This document shows positions 19,801-27,701 of a stretch of DNA of 32,000 bases, piece by piece. Source of the DNA: Scandinavium sp. SGZ-S8. GTDB taxonomy: Bacteria; Pseudomonadota; Gammaproteobacteria; Enterobacterales; Enterobacteriaceae. Each line of letters opens with the position of its first letter. The stretch's first letter is position 1. Below the pieces are notes generated by a model. The model saw only the letters and a program-made list of their open reading frames with translations, had not been told where the DNA came from and made no database searches. The DNA lies in assembly GCF_036409475.1 (NCBI RefSeq), contig NZ_JAYRCK010000005.1, forward strand, positions 142,335-174,334, given 5' to 3'. The position numbers and the translations under genes were made by a program.

Positions 19801-21698
19801 TAAACCGGGCATCAGTATTAGTAATTGACATACCGAGCTGTGTTCCCCGCGTGAGCGGGGATAAACCGCGCATATCAAGAGGCGCAAGTTGCTAAAGCTA
19901 GTGTTCCCCGCGTGAGCGGGGATAAACCGCCAGCATTGATAACAGCGTTAGAAAAGCGGCAGTGTTCCCCGCGTGAGCGGGGATAAACCGTGAATCATGA
20001 CAGTGGGGGGTTCCACAAAAGAGTGTTCCCCGCGTGAGCGGGGATAAACCGAATACAAAAAATCGAGGTGAGGAGGGGGGATAGTGTTCCCCGCGTGAGC
20101 GGGGATAAACCGTGAGCGTTAAATTATCCGCATACGTCTGGGATGTGTTCCCCGCGTGAGCGGGGATAAACCGCTGTTACGTGGAGCGGTACGGTCTGGA
20201 TTTCTGTGTTCCCCGCGTGAGCGGGGATAAACCGCACGGCACGGTCAAGGACTTCGTGAAGTTCCGGTGTTCCCCGCGTGAGCGGGGATAAACCGCGATT
20301 ACCAATCAGTGGTTAGTGGTGATAATGGTGTTCCCCGCGTGAGCGGGGATAAACCGCAAATTGTCGAGCTGCTCAACCAGTTATTCGCGTGTTCCCCGCG
20401 TGAGCGGGGATAAACCTGGTTTTCGTCATAATGCTCTCCGGTTATCTGCGTGTTCCCCGCGTGAGCGGGGATAAACCGCCAGATAGCCATCGCTGAAAAA
20501 TCCCGCCGCAGTGTTCCCCGCGTGAGCGGGGATAAACCGCCGCCGTAAAAGCTGTTGCAAACACCGCGCAGGTGTTCCCCGCGTGAGCGGGGATAAACCG
20601 CGACATCGGTGAAAAAATTAGGCTGATTAGGGGTGTTCCCCGCGTGAGCGGGGATAAACCGGGATTGCGATCAGCAGCACCAGCCGGGCAACGGTGTTCC
20701 CCGCGTGAGCGGGGATAAACCGGGGATGATATGCGATTACCGGACAGCGTTCAGGTGTTCCCCGCGTGAGCGGGGATAAACCGCTGGCAGAACGCCTGCA
20801 CGCCATCAAAGAACAGTGTTCCCCGCGTGAGCGGGGATAAACCGGCGCTGAATGAAGCTGTAGAAAACTATCAATCGTGTTCCCCGCGTGAGCGGGGATA
20901 AACCGGGGGCAGCGAAATAATGCCAGTAGAAACAGCAGTGTTCCCCGCGTGAGCGGGGATAAACCGTAAAAACACAATCATCAACAACAATCACCGCAGT
21001 GTTCCCCGCGTGAGCGGGGATAAACCGCATCCATAGCAGATGTATCAAGCGGGTAATTAGTGTTCCCCGCGTGAGCGGGGATAAACCGACAGAAAAACTC
21101 AAGTTCATAGGTACACATCTGTGTTCCCCGCGTGAGCGGGGATAAACCGCAGGTACTGCAAAACACATTCCCAACAGCGACGTGTTCCCCGCGTGAGCGG
21201 GGATAAACCGGTTACCTGTCCAGTGCCGTTCGTTGGGAGAAAGTGTTCCCCGCGTGAGCGGGGATAAACCGCATGCAACTGCATGATGTACGGTTCAGTT
21301 AGCGTGTTCCCCGCGTGAGCGGGGATAAACCGAGAGTCAGAAGGTGATTTACCTCCGCCAGGGGGTGTTCCCCGCGTCAGCGGGGATAAACCGTTAGAAT
21401 GAGAGCGCACGGCCACACCGCAAACGTGTTCCCCGCGCCAGCGGGGATAAACCGCCCATCACCGGATCCCAAACGACGACGCGCTGGTGTTCCCCGCGCC
21501 AGCGGGGATAAACCGAATACTGGCGTTACGGTACTGCGCTTTAATCTGTGTTCCCCGCGCCAGCGGGGATAAACCGGCGACGGTGTTGAGTTGGCTCTTG
21601 GTACCCCTGTGTTCCCCGCGCCAGCGGGGATAAACCGCGTGGACATTGGGTATCGTTCAAGGCTCTCTGGTGTTCCCCGCGTTAGCGGGGATAAACAG
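16851..21698 (+). CRISPR. Type I-E CRISPR array, 80 repeats / 79 spacers
   Basis: The 29-nt repeat is GTGTTCCCCGCG[C/T][C/G]AGCGGGGATAAACCG. I checked every unit against the 61-nt period. 77 spacers are 32 nt, one is 33 nt (S40, 19259-19291) and one is 31 nt (S43, 19443-19473). Tetraloop variants occur in blocks: R1-3 GCCA, R4-6 GTGA, R7-13 GTCA, R14-43 GTGA, R44-47 GTCA, R48-74 GTGA, R75 GTCA, R76-79 GCCA. The terminal R80 (21670-21698) is degenerate (GTTA loop, ...AAACAG end). R59 ends in T (20417). Confidence 0.99.
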
Positions 21699-21880
21699 CT
21701 ATTGAGGTTCAGTCCTGGCATGGGCCGAGCAGGGGACAAATTAAGCTTTCCTCATCTTCGTCAGTTCTTTCTCCAAAGGTGGTACAACTTTCACTGTATC
21801 GCGGCTACGGCGCCCAATGTGACCAGATAGTGTTTTTCGATGCATGATTAAGCAGCACGGTATTATCGCCGGAGAATAGT

Positions 21881-22720
21881 TCATTTCCTGAGTTGGCCGT
21901 ACGGTGAACCCTGCACTTTGACATTCCTCGGCGGAACCCCAAATTCTTTGCGAAAACAGGTCGTGAACCAGGAGTGATCGTCAAAACCACAATCCTGGGC
22001 GACAGACGTGATGGCTTTATTGCTGTAAAGCAGTTGGTAAAGTGCATTAAACAATCGGACTTTATTTAAATATCGCTGGGGTGACAGGCCCACATCTTTA
22101 TCAAGATAGCGATGCATGGTTCGCACTGTAATGGAAAACTGTGAGGCCAGTTGTCCCCAGTCAATATGTTCCTGATAATTGGCATGCAGCCAGCGAATTA
22201 ATCTCAGGGTTCTTCTCTCGTTAGTATTGTTCTTGTCGTAAAAATAGCTGCAATGCCGCAGGTCTACCAGCAGCCGTAAAAAAAGACTCTCTTGTTCAAT
22301 GTATCCTTGGTGCTGGCTGGCAATTAATTTATCCAGTGCGTCGTTTATCATGCCTGCACTTTGTCTGTCTAAAAAACGGTGAATATGGTACGAGGCAAAT
22401 TGTTTTGGGATTAAGGCTTCAAACCCTTTAATCAAATGGAAGTGGGCCGATGGCTGATAATAGATATTAATCACGCTTAGGTTTTGAGTATGCTCATAGA
22501 TTTGCTGGTCGGTGGCTTGGGTAAAAAAGAGCATTCGTGGATAAATAGTGTAAGGTTTCCCATTAATAATATGCAGGCCGATACCATCAGCGATAAAGGT
22601 TATCTTGCTGAAATTAAAATTTGGTTTTGGTGAATAGTGTTGCGGAATGCGTGAGGTAATAATGATGTTTTGATGCTCTGAGATAAAGTGATCTTGAGAT
22701 GCCAGTTTATTCATAATCAA
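21881..22720 (-). CDS. AraC/XylS-family transcriptional regulator
   Basis: 279-aa ORF with a cupin-like N-terminal half. The C-terminal double-HTH signature is ...IDWGQLASQFSITVRTMHRYLDKDVGLSPQRYLNKVRLFNALYQLL...SVAQDCGFDDHSWFTTCFRKEFGVPP. The start could be Met1 or Met3. Confidence 0.9.
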   Translation of the reverse strand: MIMNKLASQDHFISEHQNIIITSRIPQHYSPKPNFNFSKITFIADGIGLHIINGKPYTIYPRMLFFTQATDQQIYEHTQNLSVINIYYQPSAHFHLIKGFEALIPKQFASYHIHRFLDRQSAGMINDALDKLIASQHQGYIEQESLFLRLLVDLRHCSYFYDKNNTNERRTLRLIRWLHANYQEHIDWGQLASQFSITVRTMHRYLDKDVGLSPQRYLNKVRLFNALYQLLYSNKAITSVAQDCGFDDHSWFTTCFRKEFGVPPRNVKVQGSPYGQLRK

Positions 22721-22770
22721 GATGTATTCTTCAGGTTTTCTCTATTTACAGGGTATACACGCTATCACAT

Positions 22771-22801
22771 AAAGGCTAAAGAGCTAAGCCCTTTAGCCTT
22801 T
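22771..22801. terminator. Perfect 11-bp stem-loop between the HPr-like gene and the araC-family gene (possible terminator)
   Basis: AAAGGCTAAAG-agctaagcc-CTTTAGCCTTT. The flanking sequence is only moderately U-rich on either strand, so terminator function is uncertain. Confidence 0.35.
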
Positions 22802-22838
22802 ATTATTTGGGCAAAGTGATGATTAAAAACGCTAGCGA

Positions 22839-23105
22839 TTATTTTTCGCCAAACCCGGCGTCGAACAAGGCTTTGATTTCTGAATAAACGGCTTGTTCAT
22901 CTTCGCCATCACAAAAAACATCAACGCTTGCTCCGCCCGTTATTCCGGCAGTCATGAGTCCTATGACGCTTTTTCCTTTTATGACCTTTTCTTTAAACAG
23001 AAACTCTACTTTTGCATGATGTCTGGAAACAACTTTAACGATGGCACTGGCTGGCCGGGCATGCAAACCCGTCGTGTTGTTTACACGTAATGTTTCTCTA
23101 ATCAT
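22839..23105 (-). CDS. HPr-family phosphocarrier protein (operon-specific PtsH paralog)
   Basis: 88-aa ORF. NTTGLHARPAS contains the HPr active-site His motif (GLHARPA). The size and ...GKSVIGLMT... region are typical of HPr. Confidence 0.9.
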   Translation of the reverse strand: MIRETLRVNNTTGLHARPASAIVKVVSRHHAKVEFLFKEKVIKGKSVIGLMTAGITGGASVDVFCDGEDEQAVYSEIKALFDAGFGEK

Positions 23106-23150
23106 TCAACTCATCCTGAAGTGAATAGGAATGCTGATGTCAGCTGTGGG

Positions 23151-24206
23151 TTACAGCCTGATTAACATATCGCTATGTCCTGTTTTGAAATATTCGTTCA
23201 ACACAGTTTTCAACAAATAAGGTGCTTTCGGAATAGCATCAATGGTGTCACCCGCAATATGGGGAGTGAGCGTAACGTTATCCAGTTCCAACAAGGGATC
23301 GTTGTTTTCAATGGGTTCACACCAGCTGACATCCAGCGCAGCACCGGCGATGCGCTTATTCTGCAATGCGTCGATCAAATCTTCTTTGCAGACGACGCCC
23401 GCTCTCGCGGTGTTGATGATATAGCTGCCAGGTTTCATTTTATTAAAGATGTCTTTATTGATCATCCCCTCTGTTTCGGGTGTTAAGCGCATGTGCAAAG
23501 ACAAAATATCCGCTTGTGATACCACGCTTTCCAGAGGCAGAAGTTCCACCTGAATGCCTTCTTTGCTTAGCATGGCGGCTTCAATAAAGGGATCGTGAGC
23601 AATCACTTTTATGCCTAACGCATTGAGTCTTTTAGCCACTAATTTCCCAATGTAACCAAGCCCAATCAGGCCTACCGTATGGTTAGCCAACACGGTTTTG
23701 AAGGCATCGTTAGAAAAGCTTTTACACCACTGACCCGTTTTAATCGCATGGTGAGCACGCGCGATATTCCTGGTTTCGGCATACATCAGGCTGAGCGTGA
23801 AGTCTGCCACCGGCTCGGCGTTGCGGATCACATGAATGAGCGTAATGCCCTTCTGCTTCACGCTGTCCAGCGCAATATGCTCAAGGCCACCGCGACAGGT
23901 GCCAATCAGTTTCAGCTTATTGGCAGCTTGCAGCATGGCGTTTGATACGGGGGCAATGTGCACCAGAAGGTAATCCGCTTCACGCATCGCCTCGATAATG
24001 CCGTCTGGCACAGGAACCGCCTCAGGGCCATGCTTTTCTATTTGCAGTATTTTTGCCTGGAACGCTTCTTTATCCAGCTGTGAAAACCATTCGAACGTGG
24101 CGATGTCGAGCTCTTCGCCGTTTCGGCCAGCAAAATCAATGCCTTTGGCCGCATCCATTAACGTCGCACTGCTGACCAGCGCATCTCCCACTATGACCAG
24201 TTTCAT
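23151..24206 (-). CDS. D-isomer-specific 2-hydroxyacid dehydrogenase family, NAD-binding
   Basis: 351-aa ORF. The Rossmann motif is VGLIGLGYIGKLVAKRL. A conserved ...NTARAGVV...AALDV...TPHIAG... region carries the catalytic Arg/Glu/His context of the family. Confidence 0.85.
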   Translation of the reverse strand: MKLVIVGDALVSSATLMDAAKGIDFAGRNGEELDIATFEWFSQLDKEAFQAKILQIEKHGPEAVPVPDGIIEAMREADYLLVHIAPVSNAMLQAANKLKLIGTCRGGLEHIALDSVKQKGITLIHVIRNAEPVADFTLSLMYAETRNIARAHHAIKTGQWCKSFSNDAFKTVLANHTVGLIGLGYIGKLVAKRLNALGIKVIAHDPFIEAAMLSKEGIQVELLPLESVVSQADILSLHMRLTPETEGMINKDIFNKMKPGSYIINTARAGVVCKEDLIDALQNKRIAGAALDVSWCEPIENNDPLLELDNVTLTPHIAGDTIDAIPKAPYLLKTVLNEYFKTGHSDMLIRL

Positions 24207-24211
24207 GGTTA

Positions 24212-25627
24212 TTATCCTTTTTCCGTAAGGGTTTTTTGTTCATCATTTACGCTGACCTGTCTTTCAAGATAAGCATGAATGGCCTCTCGTTTGATGCGCA
24301 CGAAAAGATAGAACACGATGTAAACAATGACGCTAAGCGCAATATAAAGTGGGTTTTGCGTAAGGAAGATGAGGAATAACCCGCCCATAAGATGGTTAGT
24401 CATCACGGCAAAGCTGCAAATTAACAACGCGCCAGCCGGGAGAATCACGCCAACACTTTTGGCGACGTCGGTGAAGACCGGAGCCACTGCGGTAATGATA
24501 TATAACCCGCCAACGCACCAGATTGCGCCAGAAATAAGCGATTTAAAAATGTTGCCACCCGAGATAGCGATAATAAGTTCAATCATATACGGGATAGCAA
24601 TCAGGTCGACCATGGGGAGCGTCTGATTACCGGGTAAGATAATGGCCAAAATAAAGATGACAGGAATAAGCAACATTCCGGTCAGTAAGGTGGCGGATTC
24701 GCCATAGCCTGCGGCATCGTTAATCGCCAGATACCAGACCCGATTCTGGCCACTGCTTTTGGCGGTTTTTCTGGAGGCATCGGTGAGGGTGGTGAAGGCT
24801 GAGGCGAAAACCCCGGCGATTTTAGGGAAGATGCACATCACGGCTGCTGTGGCGATCCCCACTTTGCAGACTTCACCCCAGGCTTCTAAGGTCTCCAGGC
24901 GCGTATAGTTGCCGGCAAGCCCAATTAAGCAGCCTAATACCAGGCCCAGACTGATGGGCTCGCCCATAAAACCTAATTTTTGCTGTAAGGTTTCCGGGTT
25001 CCATTTAACTTTGTTGGCGCCTAACTTATTAAGGATCCAGTCGACGACAATAGCTAAGGGAACTGAGCAGACATGGTGTGGAGCCGTCATGGTGCACCCG
25101 GGGTAGCCATAGTAGGTAGACCAGCGTTTGGCGACAATTTCGGAACAGACCAAAGAATATAAATTCGACAACAGCATCAAACCAATGGCCAAATAAATGT
25201 TGCCCGTTGCGATATAGAGCATTGACCCCCAGAGCATAAAGGAAAAGTTATTCCACATGTCTGAGGGCATAAAGATATTCGTAAAGCGGGTGATAAATAA
25301 AATTGTCTGAAACAGGAGCCCGAGGCCCAAAAAAATCATCCCAACATTGGTTGAGTAGGCGACAACGCTGGTTGCCTGCCAGCCGGTGTCCAGAATACGC
25401 AACGAAATGCCTGATGTTTCCACCATACGGGTGATGACGGGAGTGACGACAGGCGTATAGGCACCAATCAGCATGCCGAAGCCGGTTAAACCAATACCGG
25501 CATTCAAGCCTGCTTTCAGTGCCTTTTTATGATTCACCTTCATAATCAGCGCGATGATATAAATGATAAATGGAACAATTATCGCCGCGCCAAAGGAGTT
25601 CATAATTTTCGACAGAAGATCTAACAT
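24212..25627 (-). CDS. PTS EIIC component, galactitol (Gat) family
   Basis: 471-aa polytopic membrane protein. The segments GEPISLGLVLGCLIGLAGNY and PGNQTLPMVDL parallel E. coli GatC (GEPVTVGFVMGLIIGILAGY; PGNQVLPFGDL). Confidence 0.88.
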   Translation of the reverse strand: MLDLLSKIMNSFGAAIIVPFIIYIIALIMKVNHKKALKAGLNAGIGLTGFGMLIGAYTPVVTPVITRMVETSGISLRILDTGWQATSVVAYSTNVGMIFLGLGLLFQTILFITRFTNIFMPSDMWNNFSFMLWGSMLYIATGNIYLAIGLMLLSNLYSLVCSEIVAKRWSTYYGYPGCTMTAPHHVCSVPLAIVVDWILNKLGANKVKWNPETLQQKLGFMGEPISLGLVLGCLIGLAGNYTRLETLEAWGEVCKVGIATAAVMCIFPKIAGVFASAFTTLTDASRKTAKSSGQNRVWYLAINDAAGYGESATLLTGMLLIPVIFILAIILPGNQTLPMVDLIAIPYMIELIIAISGGNIFKSLISGAIWCVGGLYIITAVAPVFTDVAKSVGVILPAGALLICSFAVMTNHLMGGLFLIFLTQNPLYIALSVIVYIVFYLFVRIKREAIHAYLERQVSVNDEQKTLTEKG

Positions 25628-25770
25628 TTTCCCCTCTCATGCTTCTTGTGATCAGAATTAAGCTGAGAACGGTTGACTGTTCAGCAACGCTTTCTGATGA
25701 ATAGATAAAATCTACAGAGATCGTAAGCTGCAACAAAACAGCAGAGTGCAGCGTCGGGTAGACACGCTTT

Positions 25771-25794
25771 CTCCATAAACTGAGGTTTATGGAG
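25771..25794 (-). other. Perfect 10-bp stem-loop in the EIIB-EIIC intercistronic gap
   Basis: The plus strand reads CTCCATAAAC-tgag-GTTTATGGAG. It starts 10 nt after the EIIB stop on the transcribed (minus) strand. No U-tract follows. Confidence 0.5.
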
Positions 25795-25803
25795 ATGTCG
25801 TGA

Positions 25804-26103
25804 TTAAATTTTTAATTTCTCTACGGCGTTGAGTAATTCTTCGATAAAACCATCTTCGTCAGTGCCTATTAATAATCCTACGGCATTAATGGTCGGGAGG
25901 TCGTAGGTGTCCTTGAGTGGGCTGGTGTGAACAATAATGTCCCACTTTCCTGAACTCAATTGTCCTTCGACGCCGCCTGGATTGACTTCAACCGTTTTGG
26001 CTTTGTATCCATTGACGTCAAGAATATCTTTTACTTTTTCGGCAACCATGGAACTGGTCACGGTGCCGGACCCACAAACAGAAATGACATTGATATTTTT
26101 CAT
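25804..26103 (-). CDS. PTS EIIB component, galactitol family
   Basis: 99-aa ORF. The N-terminal NVISVCGSGTVTSSM has the phospho-Cys motif of GatB/SgcB-type EIIB (compare IIVACGGAVATSTM). Confidence 0.88.
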   Translation of the reverse strand: MKNINVISVCGSGTVTSSMVAEKVKDILDVNGYKAKTVEVNPGGVEGQLSSGKWDIIVHTSPLKDTYDLPTINAVGLLIGTDEDGFIEELLNAVEKLKI

Positions 26104-26133
26104 CTGTGCTTCCTTTATAGGTTTATTGTTGGG

Positions 26134-26955
26134 TTATAAAATCCCTGCTCGTGGTGTGACATTGAACGTATCAGCCAACGCTCTTAATTCATCGCTCGTA
26201 ATAGACTGCTTAATTCCGGAGGTTACCGCAGAGGCGCGCAGGTAAATATCTGCGGCTTTGTCGACGGTTTCGACCAGACCCAACGCATCATCCAGATTAC
26301 AGCCTGCGCCCATAATGCCGTGATGCGCCCAGATGACGATTCGGCAATATTCCATCTTTTCAGCTGAGGCCAGGCCGAGGTCAATGGTGCCAGCCACCAT
26401 CCACGGCACAATCCCAACGCCTTCCGGGAACACGACCAGGCATTCGGTAATCTGCTGCCACAGCGTTTTTGAAAATTTCTTTTCATCAAGGTCGTGGACA
26501 AATGTCATCGCGATAGTGGCTGTGGCATGAGTGTGTAAAATGACCCGATGGCTGGGGTCGTGCTTCAGACGAGTGTCATGACATTTTAAATGGGAGGCTA
26601 ATTCACTGGTGGGCGTGCCACCGTTAACCAGACCCCACAGGCGGTGGTAATGTCGGCCATCTGCGGAGACTTTCAGGATAACCAGCGTATCGGCAGGATT
26701 TTTGATGACATTGCGAAAATACTTCCCGGATCCCGATACCAGAAAGATTTTGTTAGCCAGATCCGGCAGCGCAATAGGCAGCTCGATTTTGTCGAGCAAC
26801 TGTTCCGTATTCAGGTAAGGGGCAACGTCTTCTTCATTCAGAAGATAGCTGATATTGCCGCCATTTCTTTCCGCCCACCCTTTCTCCCATAATTTAAGAG
26901 TAATATCGCTCATCTCTTTGATAAACGGCGCTTCATTAATGTTATAGATAATCAT
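26134..26955 (-). CDS. Class II aldolase, rhamnulose-1-phosphate aldolase (RhaD)-like
   Basis: 273-aa ORF. [35 protein letters not shown], HTHAT and [20 protein letters not shown] align with E. coli RhaD motifs ([60 protein letters not shown]). Confidence 0.85.
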   Translation of the reverse strand: [273 protein letters not shown]

Positions 26956-26964
26956 AGTGTCACC

Positions 26965-27438
26965 TTATAATGAGACTGAATTGAAAAATTCAAAAACGTC
27001 ATCCGCAGAAGTTAACGCCTTCAGGGCTTCGACTCTCTCGTGATGTGAAAATATGGACATCAATGTCTGCAGCAGGAATATTTGATTTTCTGCCTGGGTG
27101 ACGCCCAGTGAAAATATCCAGTCGACATTGACGCTTTCATCCGTCGTCCCCATAACAAAAAAGGGCAGAGGGTTTGCCAACTGAGTGATCGCAATAAAAG
27201 GCTTCTTAATGTGCTGAGGATCGGTATGGGGGATAGCGATATTCAGCCCGGCTGCCACTAATCCTGTTGGGTACTCTTTTTCTCTGGTCACGATCTTATT
27301 GAGATAGCTTGCTTCGACGTATTCCTGCAGATACAAAGCCTGAAAAGAGTGCTTAAAAAAATCATCCTGACAATCATAGGCGGCATTTAAGGTGATCAAA
27401 GAAGGCGAGATAAACTCACTTATCGTACTTCCCATCAT
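26965..27438 (-). CDS. PTS EIIA component (mannitol/fructose/Ntr EIIA-2 fold)
   Basis: 157-aa ORF. ...EKEYPTGL...GLNIAIPHTDPQHI... contains the EIIA-2 active-site His context (AIPH). It is the first gene of the minus-strand operon. Confidence 0.85.
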   Translation of the reverse strand: MMGSTISEFISPSLITLNAAYDCQDDFFKHSFQALYLQEYVEASYLNKIVTREKEYPTGLVAAGLNIAIPHTDPQHIKKPFIAITQLANPLPFFVMGTTDESVNVDWIFSLGVTQAENQIFLLQTLMSIFSHHERVEALKALTSADDVFEFFNSVSL

Positions 27439-27634
27439 GTGTTGTCCCTGCGTTTTATGTCCCGGTTAGCGGCTAAGGTCGCCAGATAATGTTGCTGACT
27501 GCCATCTTAGGACGCAGAGCGGGGAATTCTTTAAGGCTGTGGACGGGTAACGATAAAAGCTGTCTGTCTGATTAAAATGCGGGTGATACTCATCACAAGT
27601 TGCTGATCATTGCTTTCGGGGCGATAGCGGGACG

Positions 27635-27667
27635 AAAAAAAGGAAGGGAGATGGCTCACCCTTCCTT
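27635..27667 (-). terminator. Rho-independent terminator of iap
   Basis: The minus strand reads AAGGAAGGG-tgagccatct-CCCTTCCTT followed by TTTTT. It lies about 35 nt after the iap stop. Confidence 0.8.
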
Positions 27668-27701
27668 ATATAGCGTGTCGTCAAAAGCTCTGTGGCTGGC
27701 T

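Noticed and set aside
16846-21739. About twenty minus-strand ORFs (60-264 aa) across the array with recurring peptides RFIPAHAGNT, VYPRSRGEH and GLSPLTRGT
   Set aside because: These are the CRISPR repeat translated in three frames. The periodicity is exactly the 61-nt repeat-spacer unit, so they are not genes.
21741-21845. 34-codon minus-strand ORF (MHRKTLSGHIGRRSRDTVKVVPPLEKELTKMRKA) in the gap between the last repeat and the araC-family gene
   Set aside because: It is too short, has no clear RBS and contains no motif I recognise. It could be a gene remnant at the island border, but I cannot support it.
27517-27525. GAGCGGGGA, a 9-nt match to the repeat (GTGA variant), between the PTS island and iap. 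It could be a remnant of an ancestral array end split by the island.
   Set aside because: There is no complementary CCCCGC arm and no flanking repeat similarity. A 9-mer match on either strand of a 32-kb window is close to chance expectation.
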